A stretch of 64,000 nucleotides of DNA. Origin: Eledone cirrhosa. Its lineage: Eukaryota. The notes beneath the pieces were generated by a model, which saw nothing but the letters and a program-made list of their open reading frames with translations, did not search any database and was not told where the DNA came from. Shown here one piece after another: positions 39,761 through 55,374 of the stretch (positions are counted from its first letter, which is position 1; every line of letters starts with the position of its first letter). A program made the translations under genes and the position numbers. The stretch spans positions 12,710,001 through 12,774,000 of the forward strand of contig OZ024751.1 of NCBI GenBank assembly GCA_964016885.1. Direction: 5' to 3'.

Positions 39761-40688
39761 ATATATATATATATATATATACCGTGTATATATATGCCAA
39801 CAGACACACGCATCTAAATTCCTACAATTTATGTGCATATATATACTCATTTGAGGTACTATTTCTATCTCCGGTAATACCCTAAACATATTTTAGTTAG
39901 AAGACCATAGATGGGAGGTAGAAAGACAAACAGAGAGAGAGTGGGTAGACAGACAGAGAAAGTGACAGAGAGGCAGACCAAAATTAGGTCAGTTGTTGTT
40001 GTTGGTCAGAAGGTGGTGGTGGATGTTTTGTGGGGGAAGGTTTCGTTCGTTTTTATTTAGTGACTTTTTATAAGCGATGCTATTTTTTTAACTTTATATT
40101 GTTTTATTTCTTTGTTGTTATTGTTTAAACATCAGCAACATCTTTTGATAGCAGTAAATACAGATGACCTTTCACCTTTAACCTTTAGCTTAGAGGCGGC
40201 TGGTGGCCATAGTAACAACAATTGTTGAAGTATGGTGGAGGAGGAGGAGGTGGTAGTGGGTTTCGTAGCCAGCTTTTATTGTGATGACTGTATTTGTTTT
40301 TGTTTCTGGCGTTGTTGTTGTTCTTGGTCGTAGAGGTGGTGATGGAGGTTATGTATGTAAGAGTGGTAGTCGTGATTTTCTGTTGTCGATGATGATGGTG
40401 GAGGTGGTGTGTTGGTAGTAGTGTCGTCGATGGTTGTTGTGACGCTGACGGTGGTAGAAGTGAGGGTAGCAGTAGCATTGATGTGGGTGTGGTTGAGATG
40501 ATGATGATGATGATGGTTGTAGCAAGGGTTTTATTACTCTCGATGGTGAGGGGTTTTGTTCAATCTGTTATAAAGACGATGATTATTATTGTAGATATTG
40601 CTGAACAAACATCTATTAATCGATGGCATCCCGACGACGATCATGGCGTTTTTTTTTCTTCTTTTATACACAGGAAAGCTAGCTAGAC

Positions 40689-40889
40689 TAGTCATGTCAA
40701 ACTGAGGGTCCCCCTAGGGCCACATGAGTCACATATGTGTTGTCTGAGGGCCACACATGATAACTAATTGTGCACATTACAACTCTTTTTTTAAATTTTA
40801 TATTACCAAGATAAAACATGCTAGCGCTGTAAAAATCTTTGTGCGGGCCGCAGGTGTGCTTATAAAAGGCCGCATGTTTGATATGCCTG
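40689..40889. mobile_element. hAT (Charlie-like) MITE
   Basis: Imperfect TIRs TAGTCATGTCAAAC / GTTTGATATGCCTG, internal GGGCCGCA motifs, 8-bp TSD AGCTAGAC / AACTAGAC. Confidence 0.8.
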
Positions 40890-41417
40890 AACTAGACCAC
40901 AGCCTGTTCTTCTGTAACTGTTGAAATCAAACCATGTCTCTTCTGTGAAGAATTTAAGGTTTCAATACGTCTCTCATCCTATTTGATGTTGCCCTACTTT
41001 TCTTACATGATTACTTACTTCCAATGACTTCAAGATTTACACGGATAAAGGAGCAGGGAAAACTCTACAAACCTGCAGGAAATTTGTCCACATAGTGAAA
41101 CCTAGAGCATTCTCGGCAGGGATCCTCTTTATTTTAGTTTAGTCTCAGTGCGAATATAAATATATTGCAATATCTAACGGTATCTTTTAACAAGAAATCT
41201 AGTATTTTTTGCAAATCTATTCGGTTAGCATTTCTAAGAGAATTACACCACGGCTACGCTCTTCGACCATAGGTCGATGGTTACTTTGATAACTTTTGGC
41301 CAGTATTGGCCCAGGCCATGTCTAACTTAATAGTACCACCTGGCATATTGGATATTATCTTTATTAGTCATCGTGGTTACGACAAAGCTGGAACAAAAAC
41401 CATCATGTGAAAATATG

Positions 41418-42642
41418 AGTTTCTAATTTTGTCACAAGGCCAGCAATATAGAAGGTAACGTTGAATGTATCAACCTCAGTTCTTGACTGATACTTTTATT
41501 TTATCGATCCCGAAAGGATGAAAAGAAAAGATGACTTCGGCGGAATTTGAACTCAGGACATGTATTATTAAGCATTTGTCCGAAGCTCAAATGATTCTGT
41601 CAATCCACCGCCCTACATTCACAACTAAATGATGTAGGCATATGCCAGCAATTTCGGGGGAAATGAAAATTCGATTATATCGACCCCAATACATGACAGA
41701 TACTCTTATTTTATTTACCTCGAAAGTTGACTTAAGCAGTATTTGAATTCAGAACGTAGGAAGTCGTAACTAAATAGAGCAAAGGAATTCGTCCGACACT
41801 CTACTGATTTTGTTAATCTGCCGCCCTACTTTCATGTATAAATAACTATTTCTACTTTTGGCACAAGGGCAGCAATTATCCCACTGCATTACTGGTACTT
41901 TATTTTATCGACCCCGTAAGGATGAAAGGCAAAGTTAACCTCGGCGGGATTTGAACTCAGACCACAAAGGGCCGTAACTCTATGCTGCAAAGCATGGCGT
42001 CCGACCCTCTTCCGATACTGCCGATCCAAATGATTTCTGATTTAGGCACAAGGTCGACAATTTTGGGATAGGGGGAAAACTCGATTAAGTCTACCTGTAA
42101 AAAAATATTGATTCCCAATGTTGGGACAAGGCTAGCAATGAGGGTGAAGGAAATGTCGATAATATCAACTCCAGTACTTAACTGGTACCTTTTTTTTTTA
42201 TTGATCTTGAAATGATGAAAATGTTGACATCGGCGAAATTTGAACTCAGGGTGGTCTGTTAAGAATGAAAGGCAAAAGATACCCTCGGTGGGATTCGAAC
42301 TCACTTCCATGTATAAATAGTTTCTTCTTTTGTTTGGCACAAGGCCAGCAATTACCGCAGTGCATTACTGGTGCTTTATTTGATCAACCTCGTAAGGATA
42401 AAAGGTAAAGTTAACCTCGGCGAGATTTGAACTCAGAACGTAAAAACTGGAACAAATATTGTTAAGATGACTTCGGTGGGATTCAAACTCACTTCGATCT
42501 ATAAATAATTGTTTCTACTTTTGGCTCAAGGCCAGCAATTACCTTAGTCCATTACTGGTACTTTATTTCATCAACCCCGTAAGAATGAAAGCCAAAGCTA
42601 ACCTCGGCGGGATCTGAACTCAAAACGTGAACGGCCGTAAAT
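41418..42642 (-). mobile_element. Cluster of about 7 head-to-tail tRNA-derived SINE copies
   Basis: Recurrent GGCACAAGGCCAGCAATT..ACTGGTACTTTATTTTATCGACCCC..GATGAAAGGCAAAG..CTCGGCGG.ATTTGAACTCAG, all in one orientation. Confidence 0.85.
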
Positions 42643-43042
42643 AATAAACGCAACTTCAAAATACAGCTCAATTGATTAAATTTTATTTATAAAAACAAAA
42701 AATACATAGATTGGAAAAAAAAGTAAAAAAAAAAACAACAAAGAGTGTAGAGAAAAGAGAGGAGCAGGAGGAGGGGGAACATTTCTATCTATAATACAGT
42801 ATTTTTTGTTGTTGTTTTTTTTTCTTTTAGAAGACATCGTTACAGTTTCAAATCACCGTTAAAACACATAATCGTAGTAATAGTTATAGTAATAGATTTT
42901 GTAGTAGTAGTAGTAGTTCTTTTTGTCGTAGCAGCAGTAGTAGTAGTAGTATTTTCTTTAAAGATGCAACATTTTTTGGTATATTTTGTACAATGGGGCA
43001 TAAAGATTACTTAAAAGTTCACCTAAATATATATGTATACAC

Positions 43043-43106
<64 letters not shown>

Positions 43107-43662
43107 TACATATATATGTATATATATTCAAGTATTATATCTTTGATTTTCTTTTCTTGAATTTAAATTTTATGTATATTACCGAATAATAATGATAATG
43201 ATAATTATAATAATATTAATTATTATTCATAATAATAATAACAATATCAACAGACACGTACATCGACAGAAAAAAAAATTAAAATAAAGTAAATGATAAA
43301 ATTAAATATATTAAGTTAATTAATTAATTAATTGGGCACCTTAAGAAATTCACTGAAAAAATTATATATATATATACATATGAGTATGTATACGTATATA
43401 CACACACGAGCACACACATATAGAGAGATGTATATGTATATACACATATATTTCTTTTTATATACATATATATATCTACAAAAGTTCCATTTCAACTACA
43501 ATATATATTTCTTTGTATTTGACCCTTGTTTTTTTATTTTTATTTTTATATTTTGTTTATTATTATTTCAAGGGTTTGCGGGATTGGATTGGTTGTGTAG
43601 TAGTTAAATGGCGAGAGGGGCGGGGTGGAGAGTGGCGATTGGACCAGGGAGCATTTTAGTGC

Positions 43663-43718
<56 letters not shown>

Positions 43719-43917
43719 ATGCATACACTAAATTGAATTCTGATCAAACCCATGTATATATATATAATACATATATATATATACGTATATATTTATATAT
43801 ATATATAAGTATACATGTATATATATACGTATACATATATATTATAATGTATAATATACAAATACACACCTGACCAGGCCAAATCTTGTCGGTTCATGGC
43901 TATTTCGTTTGTTTACA

Positions 43918-43948
<31 letters not shown>

Positions 43949-44792
43949 CATACACATATATATATATTATTGTTTCTTTATATTTTTCGATTATGTTTAT
44001 ACATTTATTCTTTGTTTGCCCCTTTTTCTCTCATTTTATTTTTAGTTTTTGCAAAAAAAAAAATCAGTTCTATTTTTGTTTTTTTCTTATATATATTCAA
44101 TATTAACATTTTTTCTTCATCACCATTATCATTACCATTATTTTCATATTTTTTTTATTATTATTAGATAAAAATCTCAGTTATTTTTATTTTTTTTGAA
44201 ATTATTGATTTTATTTTATTTTATATATGATTGATTTTGTATTTAATTTTTTCTCTTTTAATATTTAATTTTAATATATCTTTTATACATTGAAAGATTT
44301 GTGTTTTTATTGTCTTATTTAATAATATATTATTTATTGGCATGATGATGATGATAATGATAATGATGATGATGATTGAGATGATGAGGATGCTGATGAG
44401 GATGATAGTGTTGAGGATTGACGAATGACAATGATGTTTATTATAATAACAACGAATGGTAACAACATCGAAGAGGATTATGACAATGAAGAATGGTAAA
44501 TCTTTTTTTAAGATGGTCGCTGATAATTATCGATGTGTTGATGATGTTGATGATGATGATGATTGTTATACTGATGATGAGGAAGATGGTAACGACACAG
44601 AAAAATCTTAAAATATGGATTCATCAGCAGAACAAAAAAAAACAATAATAATAATAATAATGATTGTGATAAGAATTATCATTTTTTTTTATTGTGTTTG
44701 TCTTTTATTTTACAGTTATTATTAGTTTTTGGTTAGATTTTTCATTCTTTTTCTTTTTTGTAACTTAAAATATGGAATTCGGTGAGAAATAA

Positions 44793-44826
<34 letters not shown>

Positions 44827-46041
44827 AGAGAAGGGTCCTTATTAGTGACAGTTCTTGTTCTTAACTAGTTCATTTCAATATTGTTTGCTGCCAGTGTTGT
44901 ATTCATTAACCCCAGGTCAACTCTAAATCTAGTTATTAAGTAGGCCTACGATTGAATCCCATTACAGATACGATGACTTTTTTTGTTTATCATACAGTAC
45001 ATATATCTGGAATCAGGATAGACAAAATATCAATTCGTTTCATAAGTGACTATAGAATATGATTTGAAGGAGATTTGGCTGCTATTTGGTAGATCGATTA
45101 TCGTGCTCTAGTTAGTGAGATTTTCTTTAGCTAATTTTTTGCTCATCATGGAGCAGTTGGCCCCGAGAAATCCCCAATCAGCACAGGAATCTCCATTCCT
45201 TCTCACAGGCCTCCTTCCAGTCTAAGATATCTGCTCGTCTTTTCTTTTCTGTTGCAGTTTTGATTAATGGAGGTAATGTCGCTAGTCTCTTATTTAATTT
45301 CTCCTCCCTTCTCATCACAGGCCGGAAACTAACCTATCTTTTCGAGGTCAATGAAGGTGCGGATCTTTAATCCAGGATAGAGACCCATTTCAGGTATTAT
45401 CATCAAACGAGGCCAGCTGATCCTGAACCCCGAATCACTTCTCTCTACTTGCAAAGGAACATTAGACAACTATCTGTCCAGTATACAAGAATGTTTGGTT
45501 GAGAACGGAGTTTGAGAAATACAACAAAAACTCTACATAGCGATTAAAACATTATCAGATGTGGCACAAATACCAATACAAAGATTCCATTCCTATTACA
45601 CGAAATTGGTTTTCAATCTTCTGCTCACATAATCCATCAATTGATGCTTATTTTGCAACTATTAGCACCACGAATAGAAAATTATTAATAAGCATTTCCT
45701 CTTATTCATAATAATAATAATTAATTGTCTTAGGATCCTTCATGTTGAATACATATAAATTCCCAAACCAATCCAAACCCAAAATTTGAAAATGTTTTGA
45801 AAAAAAAATTAAAGTTAATTCGCTTTTGTTTTCCATCTCTCTCTCTCTCTCTTCATTTCTCTGATATTGTAAAATGTGCATATGTGTTAATTTCTGTGTT
45901 CCTTTCTATGTGTGTAAGAATATTTATTCATTAATTCAGCAGAATGAGTCCCTAAAATTAAATCGTGAATGTTCGTTTTAAAATTAAGGAAACGCAATAG
46001 TATAACATTTGATGTCGACTACAAATAAAATTTTCACACGC

Positions 46042-46105
<64 letters not shown>

Positions 46106-46343
46106 TTCTTTGTATAAGTATGTATATAGGTATATATGTATATATTTATATAAATATCTTTGTATTTTTGTGTTTGCATTGGTTATTTGAAGTTATATTT
46201 AGTTTCTTCCAATAAACACCTACAGCACACACATATATATATATGTGTGTGTGTATGGATATATGTGTGTATATATATATATACACATTCGTATGAAAAG
46301 CTCACACATATATATATCTGTGTATGTAGGCAATTATGTAAGC

Positions 46344-46390
<47 letters not shown>

Positions 46391-46503
46391 CATACACACA
46401 GGATCTTTACATTTATATAGGAGACTAGAAAGACAAAAATTTAGTACTGAGAGAAATGCAAGGCATTAATATTCTTGAACTCATAAATAACAGACGATAT
46501 ATA

Positions 46504-46557
<54 letters not shown>

Positions 46558-46954
46558 TATATGTATGTATGTATATATGCATATATATATGTATATATAT
46601 ATATGCATATATGTATGTATGTATATATGCACACACACATATATGTATGTATGTATATATACACACACATATATATGTATGTATGTATACACACACACAT
46701 ATATGTATGTATATATACACACACACACACATATATATGTATGGTATGTATGTATACACACATATATACATTTGTGTGTTAGAGCTCGTTATTAATATAC
46801 CAGGCCTGTTTAAATTCTCGACAGCAGACTAATATACACCATTAATAACCATTAAATTCTTTATTTTTCTTTTATCATTCAACATATTATGCAATGAGAT
46901 GTGGAACAAAAAATTGAGTGATATCATATTGCAGACATATTGTGATACCTATAT

Positions 46955-47086
<132 letters not shown>

Positions 47087-47135
47087 AGAAAATAATAATA
47101 TAACGAAATACATTTTTCATTCTGTCTCCATCTCG

Positions 47136-47215
<80 letters not shown>

Positions 47216-47417
47216 ATACACATGCACATACATTGAACATGTCCACAGTACTATGTTCAGTTTTAGTAAACATATATAACAAAAAAAAAAAAAAAAAAAA
47301 GCAGTAGATAAATTTAATAAAAATATATTTAATATAATCTCTACTGAAATTAAACTAAAACAGATATTGAACATATTCTATGAACATATTTCTATGCTTA
47401 TATATATATATGTATTG

Positions 47418-47466
<49 letters not shown>

Positions 47467-47589
47467 CATATATGTGTGTGTATGTATATGAATATATATG
47501 TGTATGTATATGAATATGTGTATGTATATGAATATATATGTGCATGTATATGAATATATATGTGCATGTATATGTAAATATGTATATGT

Positions 47590-48006
47590 ATACCTAATTG
47601 TATGTGTAGCTCTATATACATATATGTTTGTGTGTATGTATATGTATACATAATTGTACATGTAGGTGTATATACATATATGTATAAGTATACCTATATG
47701 TTTGTGTATGCATATATATATATATATATATATTCTTTTCATCATCATCTCATCATATATATATATATATGTTTGTGTGTATGTATATGTATACATAATT
47801 GTACATGTAGGTGTATATACATATATACATATATGTATAAGTATACCTATATGTATGTGTATGCATATATATATATATATATTCTTTTCATCATCATCTC
47901 ATCATATATATATATGTTTGTGTGTATGTATATGTATACATAATTGTACATGTAGGTGTATATACATATATACATATATGTATAAGTATACCTATATGTA
48001 TGTGTA

Positions 48007-48041
<35 letters not shown>

Positions 48042-48250
48042 TTTTATATATATATATATGTTTGTGTGTATGTATATGTATGCATATATATATATATTTT
48101 TTTTTATATATATATATATATGTTTGTGTGTATGTATATGTATACATAATTGTACATGTAGGTATATATACATATATACATATATGTATATATATGCCTA
48201 TATGTATGTGTATGCATATATATATATATATATTCTTTTATATATATATA
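47590..48250. repeat. AT-rich tandem units of about 150-170 bp (about 4)
   Basis: TGTTTGTGTGTATGTATATGTATACATAATTGTACATGTAGGT recurs. Confidence 0.85.
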
Positions 48251-50957
48251 TATATTGTTTGTATATATAATGTATATTACATATATCAATTGGAAGTGGC
48301 TCCTTTTGTTTGTAACATGGGAGAGCATTTGAAAGCATTATAGCACATTTAAATATAATGTATATTTGCCATCAAGTTCCTTTTTCCCCTAAACTTGCCA
48401 GATTTATGTATTCACATATGTGTGTGTGTATAAATATATATGATATATATTGGATATATATTGATATATATATATATCTTATATATTGTATACGATATAT
48501 ATTGATATAAAATATATAAACTTTTGTTTATATATATATATATATATTGAAAGATAAATAGATAGTATATTTTTTAATGTACAAAAAATACTGTTCATTA
48601 TAAGTGATTTTGTCGACATTGTCTTTTTTTTACACATTCAGCAGTGTAGTGAAAAGAACGGTTGTCTATGAGGAAGGAGATCTGCAAGTGGGAGAAAGAA
48701 GATGACAAATAATACCAAAAAAATGGGCTGTAAGCATTACACTCATTGCATACGTGTGCACATAAAATATATAAATATGCAAATATATAGACAGAATTTT
48801 AGTTCAGTGGACACTACATATATATTATATATGTATTTTATATATATTATAAATGTATAATATATATGTATATATTGTATATTATATTATATATATAATG
48901 TATATTATATTATACATATAATGTATATTATATGATATATTATATTATAAATATAATGTATATTATATAATATATTATGTATATATATATAATATATTAT
49001 ATTATATATATATAATATTATATTATACATACAATATGTACGTGTTAGCTTGTTGACTTATAGTGTTATAAATAACAAACATTTGATGGGGAAGATTCAA
49101 AACTGATAGTAGTGGCAATTGTATTACACATCTTGGATACACATAATGGATAAAGTCCCTACCAATGTTGAAGCTCAAAGGTTCCAGTGTATATACATAT
49201 ATGCCATCTATAACATTCAATAATTCTGTCTATGTATGTGTATGTATACAGATACCTATATATATATAAATACAAACATATATATATATACATATATGTT
49301 ATACGTATATACATCCACACACACACATATATATATTTTATCGAAGGAATTCAAAGAAAAAACACAACTTATCTGAGATTAGTAAAAGAAGTCAGTGCTC
49401 TCATATATTTTTGGAAGAAATCATTTGAACCTTTCGGCTGATTTCCATTGGAATAATTTGCGAAGAAGGAATCTCATTTTTTTAAAAATACCCATTCAGG
49501 CAGACTTTTATTGTATGTAGTGAAGATGTGGACTGTCAATGCTCATATTTATAGTTTTTATAGGATATATATATAATGTATATACTCACAAATACATATA
49601 TGTGTGTATATATGCATGTACACATACACACACACACATATATATATATATACACGTACACACATACCTATACATGTATGTGTGCAATCATGTATATAAA
49701 ATACAGGCACATACACAATTAGGTATTATGTTATTTAATAATTTTGGTCTCTTTTTGCTTCTTTCCGTATTCTTGGTCAAATACTGAAGAAATTCCAAGA
49801 ACATTTTTTTCACCTATCTTCAAAGATTTCCAAAAGTTGAGGAATATTAATTTTAAAAAATCAACGCACACAAAACAAAACAGACAAATAAAGCACAAAA
49901 AAAATCTAGACAAAATGAAATTTAACTTAAATTGTTTGAGATCAATTCCATCCATCTTCTTGCAGGTGTATACACATATATATATATATATATACACATG
50001 CATATATATATATATATATACATGCATACATATATATATTTTACACATATATATACATTCACACATGCATACATGCGCTTACACACACACACGTGTGTGT
50101 ATATGTACCTTACAATATGAACACCAAGTACAACAGCAAGAAATATGTGTGTGTATATATAATACATATATATATATAAATGTGTGTGTGTGTGGTGTTA
50201 ATGATTAAAGTGGGTGTATGTGCTTTTGTAATGTGTACAGTAATAGTAGTAGTAGTAGTACATTCTGTTTCTATTATTATTATCGTCTTGCTAATTCCAA
50301 TGTTTATTGTACCTTTACTTGCAGACAGATTGTTGTGAAAATTTGCAGTATTATAGAAGAGATTTTAATATTTAATGTGATGTAATCATTGTACCATTTT
50401 CTGAAAAGAATGGGTGGTCTCTTTGGTATTCAGTATGTCCCATTCTCTTTCTATACCTGTTTCCAACATTATTGTAAATATTGCTTCCGTCATTCTTATT
50501 ATTATTTTCATCACCATTATCGTTATTTATCGTTATTTATCATTATTGCAATCATTATTATTATTATTATTCGTAATAGTAGTAATTTGTTTTACATTAG
50601 TACTGTACAAGTCCAAAACCTTGTCCTGCCAATAATTGTTCAAAATACATTCAGTTCAAGAAATATATTTTCTCACCCATAAGTGACATAATCTCGTGAA
50701 AATAAAAACGCAAATTTTCATGGTGGCTTAGACAGCTCATCTTGTTCATCTACACCAACACCGCCAACACCTTCATCTCAGACATCATGTTATCTGAGTC
50801 TTCAAAGATAAAGTAGTTTTCATTACAGCCATCATCATTGTCTTCACAAGCATGATTTCTTAAATATCTTGTTACAATTTACCAAATAGGTTGGTGTTGT
50901 AAAACAAATTGAATAGACATTTAGTAGTGTATATCTTTCAATAAGGTAATGGAGTGA

Positions 50958-51075
50958 AGGTGTGTGGCTGAGTGGTTAGATAATTGGATTTGCAATCGTA
51001 AGGATGTGAGTACAATTCCTGGACTGGTCAATGTGTTATGTCCTTGAGTAAGACCCTTTATTTCACGTTGCTCCT
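50958..51075 (+). mobile_element. Degenerate tRNA/CORE-type SINE (second family)
   Basis: A-box TGGCTGAGTGG, degenerate B-box GTACAATTCC, CORE-like TGTCCTTGAGTAAGACCCTTTATTTCACGTTGCTCC. Confidence 0.65.
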
Positions 51076-52304
51076 TTTGCCTGAATTTGCGATCTGTTGA
51101 TAGTATTAGCAATTGGAAAGACTAATGGAAACATAGTTTCCTCGGTCCAATTTGATGAGCTCCACCCTACTCATTAAGTGAATGCGGTCTGGGATCTTGT
51201 CAATCGACTAAAAAGGTAATGAATTTATATATCTGCCAGATTTCTCTCACCAGCATATGTTATGGTCATCATTCTTATGTGGTTTCATTTAAATCCTTTG
51301 TTTAAAAAGAAAATGGTCAGATGTTATCTGAACTGTTTAATTAGCAAATGTTAGTCTATATCAATTAGACTCTACTACATACTCACATATTCAAAAATAG
51401 CAACTACGTTTGCCAACTCAATAAACTTCCTATTGTCTTTCAAATGACAAACTTATATTTAAAGAAATGTTTGTATTTTTCTTACATGATGGCCGCAGCT
51501 ACACAACATCCATTGAATGATGGAGATGGTGTTATTATTGATAAAGCTTTTTGTTAACCTCAATCATAGTGGATTTTCCTCGGATATTACCATGCTATCA
51601 ACATAGCAGTATTTACCATCTAGTTGCTCCTGATATGCCCCTGGACAGCAATGTGTTCAGCTGTGGTGGAACCACATCTAACCAAGCTTTGTAACTGACA
51701 CTCTTGTGGACATGACAAGAAGACTAGCCTCATTAAAAACTGTTCATTGAACGATGGCGATGGTGTTATTGATAAAACATTTTGTAAACCACAACCATAG
51801 TGGATTTTCCTCTGATATTATTGTGTTATAAACATTGCAGAATTTACCATCTAATTACCACTCATTAGAAACTGTTCACCACTGGTACTGAATTATCAAA
51901 TATGCTTCAAACTCCACTGGATGTTACAGTTAACTAATAATGTTTTAGGACAATGTAAGACTTCAATTTATATGATTCATGTGGTCAATGACAACAACAA
52001 AAGCCAGAACATGAGCCACCCACTGTACTGATATTTTAAATATTCATTTGTTAACATTGCCTAGTTATCTTCTGGTTTATTAACTTTGTCAGATTACAAC
52101 TGGTTTCTATTATTGACCACAATAGTAACTGTTAGTATTTGACCTCATTTCAACCACACTATTAATGGAGTGACAATGTGTAGTGGAGCCAACTTTTGTA
52201 TATTTGTACAAAGTTCTGAAGTAATTACTAACACAGTTGGATGTCATTGTTCTACTAACAATTCAACCATGAAATTATCATCTTACAATCTGTTATATTC
52301 TCTC

Positions 52305-52555
52305 TGTCAGATAGACTGTGCTTGGTAGACATATAATAACTCAGTCCTTTGAAATCTGACTGTTGTGTGACAGTGTCTGTCAGATAGACCATGGTTAGTA
52401 GACATATGGCTCTGACATTTATCTGTGACATTCTCAGTCAAATAGACTGTGGTTAGTAGACATCTGTGACTGTTGTGTGACAGTTTCAGGCAGATAAACT
52501 GTGGTTAGTAATCATATATATCTGTCTTTTGAAATGTGACTGTTGTGTGACAGTC
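52305..52555. repeat. Degenerate tandem repeats of about 50-75 bp
   Basis: TCAGATAGAC.GTGGTTAGTAGACAT...GACTGTTGTGTGACAGT recurs about 4 times. Confidence 0.75.
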
Positions 52556-53858
52556 TTTATACAACTTTTCCAAGGCTTTAACTTATTAATCATCGGGTGG
52601 ACCTGAGACAAGGACTGCCAACATCTGAGCCACTGTGTCTGTAGTCACTAACTTACCTCACTATTTGTATCTCCCTTTCTTTTCCATCGAAGACACGACT
52701 GTCACATCACCCAACACTTTCAGAACATCCAACACTATCTCATTACTCAACAGAGAGTCTTTGTACAATTACTCATTGCTTTGTTAGTCTTCAGTGTTCT
52801 CTGAGTTCCTTGGCTTAAGCAATCTCTATTTGATGTCCGTCTATATATAAATATAGTTTTAGATTGAAATATGGTCAATCAAATTATCTTTTGAGTTTTT
52901 AAGTACTGCTGCTTTCATCTGATATTATAATCAGATTTACTAGGGTTCTACACTCCATTGTGAAGATTTTTTCCAAAGCCACAAACAATCTCTTTCATCC
53001 CGAAAGTACCAAGACTCAGAGTTCACCAGTGATACTGACCAGTATACTAGTGGTGGTGATGGGGGTGAGGGTGTTTTTGCTGTGATTGCATTAAATATAT
53101 AAATGCTGAGTAGCTGAGAATTAAATGAGCAGGCATTCTCCTCTCCCACCAAATCACAGTAGCATTTGCAACACTTCTTTCAAACTCAGTGATTTGTGGT
53201 AAATATGAAGAGAATTACTTAAATGACAGGAAATAAAATAACAAAAATGATGGCAAAATGAAACTTATGAAATTTTTCAGTTTTATGTTGGATGAAACTG
53301 GGGGAGAAAAATGATAAAATTTCTAACATGTTAGGGATGCTGTGGTATATGAAAATAGTAATTTTCCACATAGAAGAAAAAACTAAAAATCTGAATGACT
53401 ATGTTTTTCCTTGATGTTGACAATTACAATAACAATGATGACAATAATAAAGATGATAATGATGACAATAAAGACAATATACTGCCAAGGCGATAATGAA
53501 AAAAAAAAAAAAAAAATTCCTGCTAATGATGACACAAACTTTATTTATTACTATTTGTTAATTATGATGGTATTGATGTTGTTGTTATTGTTATTACATT
53601 TATCAATGTTCATGATTTGTTTTTATTGTTTTTTTTTGCAAGAAATTGAGTTGTTGCTGTTATTATCATTATTATAATTGTTGATAATAAATACAGTGTA
53701 GTGTCCATAATTTTGGCAAATATATATACATACACACACTCCAGTCAATTCCTAGACCTCCAGTAAAGTTTGGGCATTCTACGTGTGCTCTGCCCACTTT
53801 GACCATCCTACAGTCATTGATCACCCAAATGAAACTCAGCAGTCTGGATGGATATCAA

Positions 53859-53919
53859 AGGTCATGGATGTTGACTATAAGGTCATCGATAATGACCCCT
53901 AGGTCATGGAAGCTGACCC
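53859..53919. promoter_or_regulatory. Three 21-bp units of AGGTCA-n7-TGAC(C/T): candidate nuclear-receptor element array
   Basis: AGGTCA at 53859, 53880 and 53901; TGACTA, TGACCC, TGACCC at 53872, 53893 and 53914. Function is inferred only. Confidence 0.3.
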
Positions 53920-55056
53920 CTTTTGTTTCTAAGTCTAATTAATTAGCTTTGGATATTCATTAATCATTGCAACATCCATATTTCTCCCCCTCCTCTCTTT
54001 CTCTTCATATACATATCATATACATATATAAGTATATTTATGTGTCTGTGTTTGTATGTGTATGTGTGTCTGTGTGTATATAAAATGATACATAATATAT
54101 ATTACACAGGCGTTTGTGTGAATGTTTTATAAAATCTATATACAGTACACACACATATATACACAATACATAAACGTTTTCTTTTTATGCACCCACCAAC
54201 GCTCATATGTATATATATATATATATATATACATATATACATATGTTTATGCATGCACACAACTATATTAACAACATCACAATGGACCAACAATACAGAT
54301 GGATTTACACAATATAAATGCATTCAATTTTGCCTCTTTGCTTTGACATTAAGTATACAGACATTATATATACATATACAAATATATCTACATGTGTACA
54401 TATATAAGTATATAGCTATGTGTATATATAAATGTACATATGTATATATATTACAAAAAAAAATTCCATCACTTTTGGATTCTCTGCTGATAGATGGGTT
54501 TCCTCTTGTATTTCTCATTTAATTATTTGTTCATGTAAAATATGTGTATATCTCTGTATATAATATGTATGTGTGCATGTACATATGTATGTATTTTCAT
54601 GTGTATGCCTGTACACATACACATGCACACACACATGTATATAATAAGTATTCTATTATCATGGAAGAAGGCTACGGTCTGTACCGACATCCAGGAATAT
54701 ATATTTATATATTTTCGTTTTCCTGTAATATTTTTCCATCTCCATCTTATAACCCTCATTACTCCCCAGGTATTATTAAATTTTTGTAATATATAATAAT
54801 AACAGTTACTTCGAGTTTATATCGTAATAATACTTCACAGTACACCTCCGTATTTTTGCCGCCGTCGAGATTTTTAGATTTAACAAAAAAAAAAAAATAT
54901 TTTTGGTTTCAGTTATTATTATTCTCATCAGTGATTAATGATGATTATAATAATAATAATTATTATAATTATGATTGATTCCATTTTTTCTTCTTTTGTT
55001 TGAAAGATTATTTCACAATTTTTCGACCACAAAAAAGACTATGCCTAATCATAGAG

Positions 55057-55374
<318 letters not shown>

